Below are positions 1 to 10,578 of a stretch of 64,000 nucleotides of DNA, in pieces (position 1 is the first letter of the stretch; every line of letters starts with the position of its first letter). The stretch is taken from NCBI GenBank assembly GCA_019704295.1, contig AP024596.1, positions 992,001 through 1,056,000 of the forward strand, in the 5' to 3' direction. A model generated the notes under the pieces. It worked only from the letters and a program-made list of their open reading frames with translations, did no database searches and was not told the origin of the DNA. This stretch comes from Sulfolobales archaeon HS-7 (lineage in GTDB: Archaea; Thermoproteota; Thermoprotei_A; Sulfolobales; Sulfolobaceae). The position numbers were made by a program, and so were the translations under genes.

Positions 1-123
1 TATAGACCGCCGACACTCTGACATCAGTAAATTATCAGAAAATTACTATTAAATATTTAAATTACTATAAGGTGTTCGCAACTAACTTAATATAACGATC
101 TTACTTTATCACATTTTAAGGAA

Positions 124-1200
124 TCATTCAACAATTCTCCTAAAAAGGAGGTAGAACACTATATTTGATATTAAGTATAGTAAACCTGTTATTAGAAACG
201 GAAGATATAAATTATCGATGGAAAAGAAAAATCCTCCTATTGTAGGTCCCATACTTCGCGGTATTGAATCAAATAAGCTGACCAAGGACATTCCTCTCCC
301 CCTTTCATTCTCGGGAATAACTTTCATGAACATGGATGTCCATAAGGGTTGAGTCATGTTCATAAAGACGTTTCGAAACACGTACACTGTGCCAGCAACT
401 AATGCTGTCGCGGAAAAAGGCATGTAAAAGAGGAGGGCAATTGCAATAAAATGAAATGTAACAATTGTTTTCAAATTCCCCAGATACTTGCCAATGTATG
501 GCGATATATACGTGCCAACCGCAAGTGTCAAATTAGATACTGCAAAGAAAGGGCTTATCTCATCGATAGGCGCGTGAAATTTCAAACTAAACCATAAAGA
601 GAGTAAAGGCAATAACATACCAGCCCCTAATCCTGTCAGGGCCTCAACTGAGAACTTCGATACCGTGCCTATAGAACCTATTTTAGGGGTTATCTTTCTG
701 GTGCCTTTATATGATTCCCTGACCGGGATCAATGAGATTATACTAACAAGTATAGCAATCTCCTCGATAGCGAACACGTTACTAAATTTTAGAAAGGAAG
801 GAATTAATGCACCAACAAAAGATGCAACTATGGATAGCGAATTCATAAGTCCGAACGTTTTCTCCAGGTTCCCACCTTTCTCCACTAAGAGCACTGAGTT
901 CATATTACTCCTTGAGAACAGAAGATATCCTAATGGGATTCTCTCTATTAATAATAAGATTCCGAATGCATAAAGTATTCTAGAAATTATTTGAATTTTC
1001 TTTCTACCAAAAGCGTCACCGAAAATTGAAAATAGATACCCTAGGAAAGCCCCTGAAAGAGTCCCTACAGTTAGAATTATTCCTATTAGGAGAACTGGAA
1101 GGCCTAGTTCATGAAAGTATAATGAGACTATAAGAGAATTAGCTCCCCATGTTATTCCAGTAATGGCCGATGAGAAAATAAGTAAGGACTTTTCATTCAT
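124..1200 (-). CDS. MFS transporter
   Basis: Multiple hydrophobic helices; MFS motif A-like GDAFGRKK; ENERGRGMS loop in the second half. Confidence 0.85.
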   Translation of the reverse strand: MNEKSLLIFSSAITGITWGANSLIVSLYFHELGLPVLLIGIILTVGTLSGAFLGYLFSIFGDAFGRKKIQIISRILYAFGILLLIERIPLGYLLFSRSNMNSVLLVEKGGNLEKTFGLMNSLSIVASFVGALIPSFLKFSNVFAIEEIAILVSIISLIPVRESYKGTRKITPKIGSIGTVSKFSVEALTGLGAGMLLPLLSLWFSLKFHAPIDEISPFFAVSNLTLAVGTYISPYIGKYLGNLKTIVTFHFIAIALLFYMPFSATALVAGTVYVFRNVFMNMTQPLWTSMFMKVIPENERGRGMSLVSLFDSIPRSMGPTIGGFFFSIDNLYLPFLITGLLYLISNIVFYLLFRRIVE

Positions 1201-1249
1201 TAATCTTTACAAAAAGGCTGAGCTGATTAAAAACTTATGAAGCTAACTT

Positions 1250-1480
1250 CTAGTTGATAATAAACCAATCCTTTCTTTGCATACGTTTCATTGCCTGATA
1301 TTCATAGGGATACTCATTTCGCAAGTAGTCCTCAGGAAGTTCAACATCTCCAATATCATTATTCTGAATCCTCTTCTTTCCTCTTATTCCTAATAACATA
1401 AACAACACCGCTAATATATAAATTATCTTAGAAATATTTAAACCTTTCCCCCAAATGTACGATATTATGCTAGAAGTCAC
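1250..1480 (-). CDS. Small hypothetical membrane protein, possibly a truncated gene
   Basis: 76-aa ORF with one hydrophobic segment; upstream in-frame ATG (1531) is cut off by a TGA. Confidence 0.35.
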   Translation of the reverse strand: MTSSIISYIWGKGLNISKIIYILAVLFMLLGIRGKKRIQNNDIGDVELPEDYLRNEYPYEYQAMKRMQRKDWFIIN

Positions 1481-2375
1481 CGAACATAGTGTTATGCTGT
1501 ATTTAAGAGGTAAAAGTCAAATTAAGATCATATCACTAAATGCCCTGATAATATTAGTAGAATTATACTTTATCTTAATAATATTGTTTTAATGAAATCA
1601 AACCCTTAAGAAGATAGTGTGATTCCCTACATTCCATCGTAAATTGGTTTGATCTTTTGCTTATATCATGATAATAGTTAACGCTCAAAATAAAACGAGA
1701 ATGACCCTACTAGCTGGGGCGGACTTACAACTTTCTATAAAGGCTATCATCCTGATTGTCCTCTATCAAATCGCATTTCATATTAGGATTGCTGATTGGA
1801 GGGAAGGCCTACCACTCGCTCACTGGACGTCTCGGAAACAGTTGTTAATATGTAATTAATTTTAATAATTAGATAAAAAATTATAAAACATTCCTAGTAA
1901 AGATTAATTCTTTTGATTGCTAAAATTATGAAATCGGCTTATTAATCTCAGTAAGTAGGGAAATTACTTAACCTTTAAGGTTTAGGTCTGACTAACTGAC
2001 GTCTGTGGCTTAATGAGTTCAAAGTTTACTATTCGGTCTAAACCGTGGACATCGTAGGGCTAAGAGGTCAGCGAAGTTACAAGAACTCTTGTAATCACAT
2101 TAAAGTATTATCCCTGGATTGAGCTTATTCCTAATAAGAATTTAGTTTTTAAATTGACGCTTGTTGCGTAATATACAATGTGTTAATAAAGCTCGCTCTT
2201 TCGAGTCCAGTTATTAAAATAACCTGGAAACTCATACTAAGTAGGTTCCGTATTCCCTTGGGCGGGATCATTCAGTTTTCTTAAGCTCATTAAGATAGAC
2301 GGAAAAGTTTCGGTGTGGAGGAAATCCCAACTAATAGCAAGTTAATCTTGATTAAGGGTGATTGTAATATAGATT

Positions 2376-2651
2376 ATGGGATTAAAGATAACTTACGACG
2401 TGATTGGATATAAACTCAGAGTAGTCTATCATACTGATCCTACGTTAGTAAATCGTGAGGGTGAAGTAATCCTAGAAACAGAGAAATTCTTCTTCCTAGC
2501 GGATCAAGGTAAGAATGTTTTCATGATAAGTAAAAATCAGGGGCTATTTGAAATAACCTCTAATAGTTTTAAATTCTCACTTGATGGTAATAGGATGATG
2601 TCTAAACCGAAGAACAGGATAACGAGGAGGAAAACAGTTGAGCTTGAGTAA
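2376..2651 (+). CDS. rnp1: Ribonuclease P protein component 1 (Rpp29/Pop4)
   Basis: IGYKLRVVYHTDPTLVNREGEVILETEK pattern; canonical position upstream of S17. Confidence 0.85.
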   Translation: MGLKITYDVIGYKLRVVYHTDPTLVNREGEVILETEKFFFLADQGKNVFMISKNQGLFEITSNSFKFSLDGNRMMSKPKNRITRRKTVELE

Positions 2652-2970
2652 AAACGTTGGTATCATCGGGGTAAAACCTCCTGAGAAAGAATGCAAAGAT
2701 GAAAAATGCCCATATCATGGACATCTGAAAGTAAGGGGTATGGTACTTGAGGGGACAGTTTACCGCTATAGGGCAAATAAAGTTGCAACAATTGTTAAGG
2801 AGTATTTAAAGTATAACCCGAAATATAAGAGGTATGAAAGAAGGACAAGTAAAATACATGCGTATGTACCTCAATGTATTGAAATTAAAGAAGGCGATAG
2901 AGTTATAATAGGAGAAAGTAGACCATTAGCGAAATCAGTAGCATTTGTAGTGGTAGGGAGGGTGAGTTAA
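2638..2970 (+). CDS. rps17: 30S ribosomal protein S17 (uS17)
   Basis: [32 protein letters not shown] motifs; TTG start after GAGGAGG. Confidence 0.97.
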   Translation: MSLSKNVGIIGVKPPEKECKDEKCPYHGHLKVRGMVLEGTVYRYRANKVATIVKEYLKYNPKYKRYERRTSKIHAYVPQCIEIKEGDRVIIGESRPLAKSVAFVVVGRVS

Positions 2971-2971
2971 A

Positions 2972-3388
2972 ACGTCAGAAAAAATGAACATGACAGGTCC
3001 CAGGTATAGCTATACGCCTGGGATACAACATATGACGAAAGTGAAAGTAGCAGATAACAGCGGAGCAAGGGAGGGAGTAGTAATTGGAGTTTACGGATAT
3101 AGGGGGCACTTGAGAAGAGTTCCCTTCGCCAACATAGCAGATTTAGTACTCATTTCCATCAGAAAAGGCAGTCCAGAAGTCAGAAAGCAGAAATTCAAGG
3201 CAGTGATAGTGAGGCAAAAAATGCCTTTGAGAAGGAGGGATGGGACTTGGATTTCATTTGAGGACAATGCGGTTGTAGTTGTAAATCCTGACGGTACTCC
3301 TAAAGGAACGGAAATAAGAGGACCGGTAGCGAGAGAATCTATAGAGAGATGGCCAAAACTTGCAGGGCTTGCCACAGTAATTATTTAA
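2972..3388 (+). CDS. rpl14: 50S ribosomal protein L14 (uL14)
   Basis: [27 protein letters not shown]. Start is either ACG 2972 (6 nt after GGTGA) or ATG 2984. Confidence 0.97.
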   Translation, partial: TSEKMNMTGPRYSYTPGIQHMTKVKVADNSGAREGVVIGVYGYRGHLRRVPFANIADLVLISIRKGSPEVRKQKFKAVIVRQKMPLRRRDGTWISFEDNAVVVVNPDGTPKGTEIRGPVARESIERWPKLAGLATVII

Positions 3389-3401
3389 GAGGTGATAGAG
3401 A

Positions 3402-3791
3402 ATAACCTCTCTAAAACCTGCTAAACAGAGGCTAGCTTTATACAATGTACCTTTACATAGGGCAAATAGATTTCTAACTGCTAAGTTGTCAAGTGAGCTC
3501 GCCGAAAAATATGGAATTAACCGACTTCCAGTAAGGAAAGGAGATACGGTGATGATCTTAAGAGGCGACTTTAGGGGCTCCGAGGGAAAAGTAACTGAAG
3601 TTTTTCCGAAAAAAGGAAGGATTTACATAGAGAACGTAACGATAAAGAAAGTAGATGGTACACCAAAATATGTACCTATACATGCATCGAAGGTAAATAT
3701 AACTAAATTAGATGTAACTGACGATTGGAGAACTAAAGTAATAGAAAGGAAAAAATCTGGAGGTAGGAGGGAAGTAGAAAATGCCAGGTAA
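3402..3791 (+). CDS. rpl24: 50S ribosomal protein L24 (uL24)
   Basis: LPVRKGDTV..RG KOW motif, PIHASKV. Conserved N-terminus TSLKPAKQR begins at ATA 3402, upstream of the track's 3486 start. Confidence 0.96.
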   Translation: MTSLKPAKQRLALYNVPLHRANRFLTAKLSSELAEKYGINRLPVRKGDTVMILRGDFRGSEGKVTEVFPKKGRIYIENVTIKKVDGTPKYVPIHASKVNITKLDVTDDWRTKVIERKKSGGRREVENAR

Positions 3792-4506
3792 AAAACACGC
3801 GACTAGGTTTGATTCTCCCTGGTTTATAAACTATTCGAAGAAGGAATTCAAGTGGGCAGTAAGATCTTCTCCAGGAACACACAAGAAGACGAAATCTATA
3901 CCGCTAGCCTTTTTCCTTAGAGATTATTTAAAGCTAGCCACAAATCTACGCGAAGCTAAGAAAATTATAGGCAGTCGTTCTATATTAGTTGACGGTAGAG
4001 CTATTGCCAATTATAAGTTTCCATTAGGATTATTCGATAATATATCGTTTCCTAAACAAGACTTACATTATAGAATATACCCAGATAAAATAAGATTTTT
4101 AAGAGTTGAACAGATAAATGCGGAGGAATCTGTAATAAAGTACCTTAAACTGATCAACAAAACTGTTACTGTAGGGGGGAATGTGCAGCTTAACTTCGAT
4201 AATGGATACAACTTACAAGTAAAAAGAGAGGACGAGTTGAGTAAGATTAAGACATTAAGCACAATTAAATATGATTTATCCTCTAAAAAAATAATAGACT
4301 ACTATCCTTTAGAAGAGAATGTACAGGCAATAATTACAGGAGGAAAGAACGTAGGGTTTCAGGGAACTATTGAATCGATAAAAAGGGCCCAATATAAAAC
4401 AAAGAAATATTCAATTGTAACACTGAAAAATAAGGAAGGGACTGCTCAAACTAATATAAACAACATAATGGTATTAGGAGGAAAAGTAAAGGAGGAGGAA
4501 ACATGA
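3781..4506 (+). CDS. rps4e: 30S ribosomal protein S4e
   Basis: [27 protein letters not shown] motifs; operon position. Confidence 0.96.
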   Translation: MPGKKHATRFDSPWFINYSKKEFKWAVRSSPGTHKKTKSIPLAFFLRDYLKLATNLREAKKIIGSRSILVDGRAIANYKFPLGLFDNISFPKQDLHYRIYPDKIRFLRVEQINAEESVIKYLKLINKTVTVGGNVQLNFDNGYNLQVKREDELSKIKTLSTIKYDLSSKKIIDYYPLEENVQAIITGGKNVGFQGTIESIKRAQYKTKKYSIVTLKNKEGTAQTNINNIMVLGGKVKEEET

Positions 4507-5048
4507 CAGAAGAACAGACCTTTGCTCAGCGGAAAAAAAACCCAATGAGAAGAGTACTCTTGGATAAGGTGACAGTAAATATAGGGGTGGGTGAAACTAG
4601 CGAAAAATTACAAAAAGCTTACATGTTGTTACAGGAAATTACGGGTTCAAAGCCGGTTTATACTAAAGCAAAGAAAACTATACGGGACTTCGGTGTGAGA
4701 AAAGGTACCAATATCGGAGTAAAGGTAACTCTTAGGGGAGAAAAAGCGGTCGAATTCTTGAGAAAGGCGTTAGAAGCAATAGGATACCGTCTTAAGGAAA
4801 ATAGCTTCGATAATTATGGTAACGTAGGATTCGGGATAATTGAACATGTTTCAATTCCAGGTACCAGGTACGATCCGGAGGTAGGAATGTTCGGAATGGA
4901 TGTAATTATCACACTTGCCAGACCAGGTTATAGGGTAAGTAGTAGAAGAAGAAATAGGTCTCGAGTTCCAAGGAGACATAAGGTTTCCAAAGAAGAGGCA
5001 ATAGAATTTTTAAGAGAGGAATTCGGTGTAACGATAGTTTCTGGGTGA
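4503..5048 (+). CDS. rpl5: 50S ribosomal protein L5 (uL5)
   Basis: [33 protein letters not shown]. Confidence 0.97.
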   Translation: MTEEQTFAQRKKNPMRRVLLDKVTVNIGVGETSEKLQKAYMLLQEITGSKPVYTKAKKTIRDFGVRKGTNIGVKVTLRGEKAVEFLRKALEAIGYRLKENSFDNYGNVGFGIIEHVSIPGTRYDPEVGMFGMDVIITLARPGYRVSSRRRNRSRVPRRHKVSKEEAIEFLREEFGVTIVSG

Positions 5049-5055
5049 ATACGAT

Positions 5056-5220
5056 TTGGGAAAATATCGACCACCAAAAGAGAGAAAACATGGAAGAGGA
5101 GTACAAACGTGTCAGAGATGTGGAAGTTCCGATGGAGTTATTCAGAAATACGGCTTATATCTATGCAGGCAATGTTTTAGAGAAATCGCATATCCACTTG
5201 GGTTTAAAAGGCAGAGGTGA
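5056..5220 (+). CDS. rps14: 30S ribosomal protein S14 (uS14, Zn-binding type)
   Basis: Translated by hand from TTG 5056: [54 protein letters not shown]; two CxxC pairs; GGTGA upstream; not in ORF track. Confidence 0.97.
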   Translation: MGKYRPPKERKHGRGVQTCQRCGSSDGVIQKYGLYLCRQCFREIAYPLGFKRQR

Positions 5221-5228
5221 AAGCCAGC

Positions 5229-5630
5229 ATGGTAGTAATTAATCCTGTGGCTAATCTCTTCGCTTCATTATACAATAACGAGATAAGAAGGAATAAATCT
5301 TCACTTGTTGCCCCGTCATCTAAATTACTTATAAATATCCTTAGGACTCTCCAGAAGGAAGGTTATGTAGGGGAATTTGAAGTAATAGATGATGGGCGAT
5401 TTGGAAAATTAAATGTTCAACTTCTGGGTAGAATAAATAAATGTGGGCCGATAACGCCGAGATTCCCTCTGAAATATAGGGAAATGATTGATTTACCCCC
5501 TCACATAAAGAAATTCCTTCCTTCAAAGGAACTTGGAATAATAATAGTCTCAACCCCAAAGGGCGTCATGTCCCACAAGGACGCTGCAAAGGAGAGAATC
5601 GGTGGCATAGCTTTAGGATATGTATACTAG
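5229..5630 (+). CDS. rps8: 30S ribosomal protein S8 (uS8)
   Basis: [33 protein letters not shown]; ATG 5229 follows GAGGTGA. Confidence 0.97.
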   Translation: MVVINPVANLFASLYNNEIRRNKSSLVAPSSKLLINILRTLQKEGYVGEFEVIDDGRFGKLNVQLLGRINKCGPITPRFPLKYREMIDLPPHIKKFLPSKELGIIIVSTPKGVMSHKDAAKERIGGIALGYVY

Positions 5631-5639
5631 GTGATGGTA

Positions 5640-6188
5640 GTGTTTAGGGCAATTTACATTAAAGAAGAAATTGTAATTCCAACAGACGTAAGTGTAGATG
5701 TGAGTAATAATAAGGTTATAGTCAAAGGAAAGAAGGGAATGATCGATAGGGATTTTTCTCATATGAAAGGAATAATTATTAATAAAGACAACAATAAGAT
5801 TACTATTGAAAGTACTTTTCTAGATAAGGAGAAGAAGGCCAAACTCTATTCCATTATACGTCATATAGAGAATATGTTTACTGGTGTTACCAAGGGGTAT
5901 AAATATTCGCTAAAGGTAGTGTACTCACATTTCCCTATATCTATAAAGCTAGTGGGAGATACCTTACAAGTAACTAATCTAATAGGAGAAAAAAACATAA
6001 GAAAACTGAAGATTCCTAAAGATATTAAAGTTAGTATAAAGGGAGAAGATATAGTAGTTGAGGGTATAGACAAGGAAAAAGTTGGTCAAGTAGCGACGAA
6101 TATAGAGAGGATGACAAGAATTAGGGACTTCGATAGGAGAGTCTTTATGGATGGGATTTTTATATACGGTAAAGAGGTGGGAGATTGA
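5640..6188 (+). CDS. rpl6: 50S ribosomal protein L6 (uL6)
   Basis: NMFTGVTKGY, YSHFP, DRRVFMDGIFI. Start uncertain among 5631, 5634 and 5640. Confidence 0.96.
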   Translation: MFRAIYIKEEIVIPTDVSVDVSNNKVIVKGKKGMIDRDFSHMKGIIINKDNNKITIESTFLDKEKKAKLYSIIRHIENMFTGVTKGYKYSLKVVYSHFPISIKLVGDTLQVTNLIGEKNIRKLKIPKDIKVSIKGEDIVVEGIDKEKVGQVATNIERMTRIRDFDRRVFMDGIFIYGKEVGD

Positions 6189-6556
6189 ATAATAAAATAA
6201 AAAAAATGAGAAAAAGAATGAGTTTAAAAAGAAAGTTCCTGAGATATAAGTGGCAACGATACTTTAAACTAGAAAGGCAAGGAACCTGGAGAAGAGCAAG
6301 AGGAATAGACAACAAAATAAGGATGAAGAAGAAGGGATGGCCTATGCGACCTACTACAGGTCTTCGTACGATGGTGATGATAAGGGGATATCATCCTTCA
6401 GGCGTTAAATATATTGTCGTAAATAATGAAAAGCAGCTAAAAAAAGCCAAGGAGTTGGGACTTGCAGTATACATTTCATCAAGGATAGGGCTTAACAAAA
6501 AATTAAAGTTAACAAAACTAAGCAATGACCTTGGTATTGAAGTTCTAAACGGGTGA
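6185..6556 (+). CDS. rpl32e: 50S ribosomal protein L32e
   Basis: WRRARGIDNKIR, RGYHPSG. Confidence 0.95.
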   Translation: MNNKIKKMRKRMSLKRKFLRYKWQRYFKLERQGTWRRARGIDNKIRMKKKGWPMRPTTGLRTMVMIRGYHPSGVKYIVVNNEKQLKKAKELGLAVYISSRIGLNKKLKLTKLSNDLGIEVLNG

Positions 6557-6560
6557 GAAT

Positions 6561-7019
6561 GTGACAACAGTAAATATCAGAAAAAGGCTTGCTGCGGAAA
6601 TAAAAGGTGTGGGTATAAAGAGAGTAAGGATACCCCCTCAAAATATAGATGAAATAGAGGAGGCATTGACTAGAGAGGACGTAAGAAAGCTCATAGAGGA
6701 CGGAAAAATTATCATTCTTCAAAAGCGAGGACCGAGCAGGAAGAGACACATAGAAAGGGCAAGGAAAAGGAGAGTAAAGAGCGAAAGGCGAGGGCCAGGT
6801 AGTAGAAAAGGAAATAAAAAGACCAGGAGGGAATTAGAGAAAGTTTGGGTTATGAGAGTTAGAAAAATGAGAAAATATCTAAGATATCTGAGGGATAACA
6901 ATCTAATAGAAAGGCGTATATATAGAATATATTACAGAAAGGTAAAGGGCGGTAATTTCAAAAGTCTGACAGAACTGAGAAATTCTCTAATTCAATCTAA
7001 TTATCTAAAAGGTGAGTAG
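6561..7019 (+). CDS. rpl19e: 50S ribosomal protein L19e
   Basis: KRLAAEI, TREDVRKLI, RRGPGSRKG, YRKVKGGNF. Confidence 0.96.
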   Translation: MTTVNIRKRLAAEIKGVGIKRVRIPPQNIDEIEEALTREDVRKLIEDGKIIILQKRGPSRKRHIERARKRRVKSERRGPGSRKGNKKTRRELEKVWVMRVRKMRKYLRYLRDNNLIERRIYRIYYRKVKGGNFKSLTELRNSLIQSNYLKGE

Positions 7020-7020
7020 G

Positions 7021-7605
7021 TTGGTTCAAGGAGCCAGATATAAAGTAAGGTTTAGAAGGAGACGTGAAGGAAAGACGGATTATCATAGGAGGTATACTTA
7101 TGTATTGTCTAAGGTGACAAGGATTGTAATAAGAAGAACAAACAAATATATTTACGCACGAGTAATGACGTTTAATCCTAAAGGGGACGAGGTTGTAGTT
7201 AGCTCGTCTTCAATAGAACTTAAGAAGAAATATCAATGGAAGGGGGATGGAAAGAACTTATCTGCATGTTATCTTACAGGCTACTTACTTGGAAAAAAAG
7301 CTGAGAAGTTAAACATTGAAAAACTAGTCGTCGATTTGGGACCGTTTAAGGTGAGAGAAGGAGGTCGTATTTACGCAGTTATAAAGGGGATTCAGGACGC
7401 AGGTTTGAAGTTTGCTTTTGGGGATGTGGAGATTGACATGAATAGAATAAGAGGAGAACATATAGCGCAATATGCGAAGACTCTAAAGGAGACGCAGCCT
7501 GAAAAGTACCAACAGTTATTCTCAAAATACTTGAAGGAAGGATTAAATCCAGAGGAACTCACTGAACATTTTGACCAAATCTTCAGTAAAATAAGAGGGG
7601 AGTGA
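7021..7605 (+). CDS. rpl18: 50S ribosomal protein L18 (uL18)
   Basis: YKVRFRRRREGKTDY, ACYLTGYLLG, RIRGEHIA; TTG 7021 follows GGTGA (track start 7012). Confidence 0.96.
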   Translation: MVQGARYKVRFRRRREGKTDYHRRYTYVLSKVTRIVIRRTNKYIYARVMTFNPKGDEVVVSSSSIELKKKYQWKGDGKNLSACYLTGYLLGKKAEKLNIEKLVVDLGPFKVREGGRIYAVIKGIQDAGLKFAFGDVEIDMNRIRGEHIAQYAKTLKETQPEKYQQLFSKYLKEGLNPEELTEHFDQIFSKIRGE

Positions 7606-7609
7606 AATA

Positions 7610-8251
7610 ATGGAGGAAGTAAAACCTGTCAATCTGGAGGAATGGAAACCAAGAACTAGATTAGGAAATCTAGTTAAGGAGGGAAAAATAACCTCAATTA
7701 AGGAGATATTTGAGAGAAATGAACCTATACTCGAACCTGAAATAGTGGATGCCCTTCTTCCTAAATTAAAGTACGAAATAATTGATATTAAAATAGTGCA
7801 AAAGCAAACTGACGCAGGGGAGATATCCAAGTATAAAGTAATGTTGATAATGGGGAATAATGATGGCTACGTCGGAATAGGACTGGGTAAAGCTAGACAG
7901 CTTAGAGTCGCAATTCAAAAAGCGATAACTGACGGAAAATTACATATAATCCCTATAAGGAGAGGATGTGGAAGTTGGGAGTGCAGTTGCGGAGAGCCAC
8001 ATAGTATTCCGTTTAGGGTAACGGGAAAAGCGGGTAGTGTTGAGGTGGACTTGCTTCCAGCACCGAAGGGGACGGGAAATGCGGTAGGTTCTGTATTGAA
8101 GACACTAATGCAGTATGCGGGAATAAAAGATGTATGGTCTACAAGTAAAGGAGAGACGAGAACGACAGAGAACTTCGTAAAGGCTGGATTCAATGCTTTA
8201 TATAACACCACGAAGTTTCTTACAACCACAGATTGGGCGAGGAAGAGGTAA
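7610..8251 (+). CDS. rps5: 30S ribosomal protein S5 (uS5)
   Basis: WKPRTRLG, QKQTDAGE, RRGCGSWEC, PAPKGTG. Confidence 0.97.
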   Translation: MEEVKPVNLEEWKPRTRLGNLVKEGKITSIKEIFERNEPILEPEIVDALLPKLKYEIIDIKIVQKQTDAGEISKYKVMLIMGNNDGYVGIGLGKARQLRVAIQKAITDGKLHIIPIRRGCGSWECSCGEPHSIPFRVTGKAGSVEVDLLPAPKGTGNAVGSVLKTLMQYAGIKDVWSTSKGETRTTENFVKAGFNALYNTTKFLTTTDWARKR

Positions 8252-8257
8252 GGGTTA

Positions 8258-8725
8258 ATGGTATTAATTGCCACGATTAGGGTTAGGGGCACAGTTGGAA
8301 TACCTCACGATATCGAAAATACGTTAATTAGACTCCGATTACTAAGGAAGTATTCGGCCATGGTATATCCGGATAAGAAGGAAATAATGGGTATGATAAA
8401 ATACGTATCTGGATACATTACGTGGGGTGAGGTCAATGAGGAAGCTCTATCGAAGTTACTTTTGAGAGCGAGAATGAAAGACAATAGCAGATTCAATGCA
8501 GAGTCGTTACAAAAAGTATTAGGAATGTCTCATGAAGAGCTTATTGATAACTTAATTCAAGGAAAGGTATACCTTCATAAACTAAATAACGCATTTCGTC
8601 TACCAATAGGACTTAGGCCGCCAAAATACGGTTTCAGCGGTAAAATTAACATTCCGTTTAATGCTGGAGGAGAGACAGGATATCGCGGTAATGCAATAAA
8701 TGATTTAATCCTATCAATGACATAA
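8258..8725 (+). CDS. rpl30: 50S ribosomal protein L30 (uL30, archaeal long form)
   Basis: IRVRG, YITWGE, LRPPKYGF, GETGYRGNAINDLI. Confidence 0.96.
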   Translation: MVLIATIRVRGTVGIPHDIENTLIRLRLLRKYSAMVYPDKKEIMGMIKYVSGYITWGEVNEEALSKLLLRARMKDNSRFNAESLQKVLGMSHEELIDNLIQGKVYLHKLNNAFRLPIGLRPPKYGFSGKINIPFNAGGETGYRGNAINDLILSMT

Positions 8726-8740
8726 TGGAGGGGGGAAATT

Positions 8741-9166
8741 ATGGTAGTCAGACACGAGAAGAGGAGTAGGAAGTTAAGGGGAAGTAGAAGGATGGGCTGG
8801 GGATTGCAGAAACAACACAGGAACAGAGGAAAAAGAGGCGGAAGACAGATAGGTATGGACAAAGAGAAATTTTCGTGGACGGTTAAATATGCTATGAACT
8901 GGTATGGAAAAAGAGGATTTGTAAATCCAACAACTAAGGTGGAAAACGCAGTATCATTAAGAAATGTAATTCAAATGATTCTTAGCGGAAAACTCTCTCC
9001 GGAGACTGAGAAAAACGAGAAAGTATATGATCTAATAAAGTCTGGATATGACAAATTACTCGGAGGGGGAAGTCCTCCTTTTCCCATAGTTGTGAAAACG
9101 AAGAAAATAACGGAAAAAGCAAAGAGGGCAATTGAAGAGAAAGGTGGAAAAGTTATTTTATCCTAA
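8741..9166 (+). CDS. rpl15: 50S ribosomal protein L15 (uL15)
   Basis: KRSRKLRGSR.MGWG, YGKRGF, YDKLLGGG, IEEKGGKV. Confidence 0.97.
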   Translation: MVVRHEKRSRKLRGSRRMGWGLQKQHRNRGKRGGRQIGMDKEKFSWTVKYAMNWYGKRGFVNPTTKVENAVSLRNVIQMILSGKLSPETEKNEKVYDLIKSGYDKLLGGGSPPFPIVVKTKKITEKAKRAIEEKGGKVILS

Positions 9167-9192
9167 TTAACTGCTTTTTATGTAGGATATAA

Positions 9193-10578
9193 ATGGCGTC
9201 GTTTGTAGACATCTTGTCAGAATTGGGAACTTATTTGCCAGCTGTGACTAAACCTAAGCAGAAGCCTACTTTAGGGAACAAACTGTTATGGACAGCTATT
9301 GCATTAGCTATATACCTTGTAATGGCCTCAGTCCCGTTGTATGGAGTAACCTCTAGTTCTCTGTTTAGTCAGTTTTTAGCGGAGGAGATAATTTTTGCAT
9401 CTACTGCTGGAACTCTGGCACAACTGGGAATAGGTCCTATAATTACCGCCGGATTAATAATGCAAATCTTAGTTGGCTCTAAGTTACTGGATATGGATCT
9501 CAACTCAGATGAGGATAAAGCGAAGTTCACCACATCACAGAAAGGTTTAGCTTTCATCTTTATATTAGTAGAGTCGTTCTTATTTGGCTACGTACTTACT
9601 CGTAATAGTTCACTAACTATAGGACTAATCGTTGCTGGTCAGCTTATAGTTGCAACGTTTCTTATACTGCTCCTAGATGAGTTGATACAAAAGGGATGGG
9701 GTCTTGGTTCTGGAGTAAGCCTTTTCATACTCGCAGGTGTAGTGAAACTAATATTTTGGGACATGTTCGGAATAACGGCTCAGGCTTCCCAAGATTTACC
9801 CATAGGTTTTTTCCCAACGCTAGTTTCTACCCTCGCTAGTGGCAAAGGAATACTAAACGTGTTCGTAGACTTTACTAAACCTTTCCAGCCTGATTTAGTG
9901 GGACTCGTATCGACAATAGGACTAATTGTTTTACTAGTTTACCTTACAGCGATGAAAATAGAGATTCCTGTAACCACCCAAAGACTAAGAGGGATTAGAA
10001 CTACAATACCGCTTAGTTTTCTTTATGTTAGCAGTATACCAGTGATATTTGTTAGTGTTCTTGCCTCAGATATTGGTCTATTCGGTTCAATAGCGTCTTA
10101 CTTTAATCCTTCTATATCAAGCGTTTTTACCACAATAGAAAACATATTCATTTATCCACCTAACAATATTCCCCATAGTGTTTACGCATTGGTTTTGGAT
10201 CCCCTAGGTGCTCTTGAATATGGTGCAGTATTTATACTGCTGTCTCTTGTGTTCGGCATACTTTGGGTGGATGTAGCAGGATTAGATCCTTCCACGCAAG
10301 CAAGAAATCTGATAGACTCCGGAGTAGAAATTCCTGGAATGCGGGCTAATCCAAAAGTTTTAGAAAACATTTTGGGAAAGTACATATATCCCCTTGCATT
10401 CTTCAGTTCACTTATAGTGGCAGTAATAGCGATATTTGCGACTTACTTAGGAGCTTATGGAACTGGTGTCGGGATATTACTTGCGGTAACAATAGCGCAA
10501 CAATATTACAGTATACTTGCTTATGAGAGATCACTCGAGATGTATCCATTATTAAAACGGTTAATTGGTGAAGAGTAA
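9193..10578 (+). CDS. secY: Preprotein translocase subunit SecY
   Basis: [38 protein letters not shown]; about 10 TM helices. Confidence 0.98.
   Translation: MASFVDILSELGTYLPAVTKPKQKPTLGNKLLWTAIALAIYLVMASVPLYGVTSSSLFSQFLAEEIIFASTAGTLAQLGIGPIITAGLIMQILVGSKLLDMDLNSDEDKAKFTTSQKGLAFIFILVESFLFGYVLTRNSSLTIGLIVAGQLIVATFLILLLDELIQKGWGLGSGVSLFILAGVVKLIFWDMFGITAQASQDLPIGFFPTLVSTLASGKGILNVFVDFTKPFQPDLVGLVSTIGLIVLLVYLTAMKIEIPVTTQRLRGIRTTIPLSFLYVSSIPVIFVSVLASDIGLFGSIASYFNPSISSVFTTIENIFIYPPNNIPHSVYALVLDPLGALEYGAVFILLSLVFGILWVDVAGLDPSTQARNLIDSGVEIPGMRANPKVLENILGKYIYPLAFFSSLIVAVIAIFATYLGAYGTGVGILLAVTIAQQYYSILAYERSLEMYPLLKRLIGEE

Noticed and set aside
1668-1859. 63-aa ORF, and the similar short intergenic ORFs at 18337-18546 and 19224-19406
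   Set aside because: No recognisable motif or convincing expression signals
5045-5242. 65-aa ORF in the track between L5 and S8
   Set aside because: Wrong frame; rps14 (5056-5220) occupies this interval
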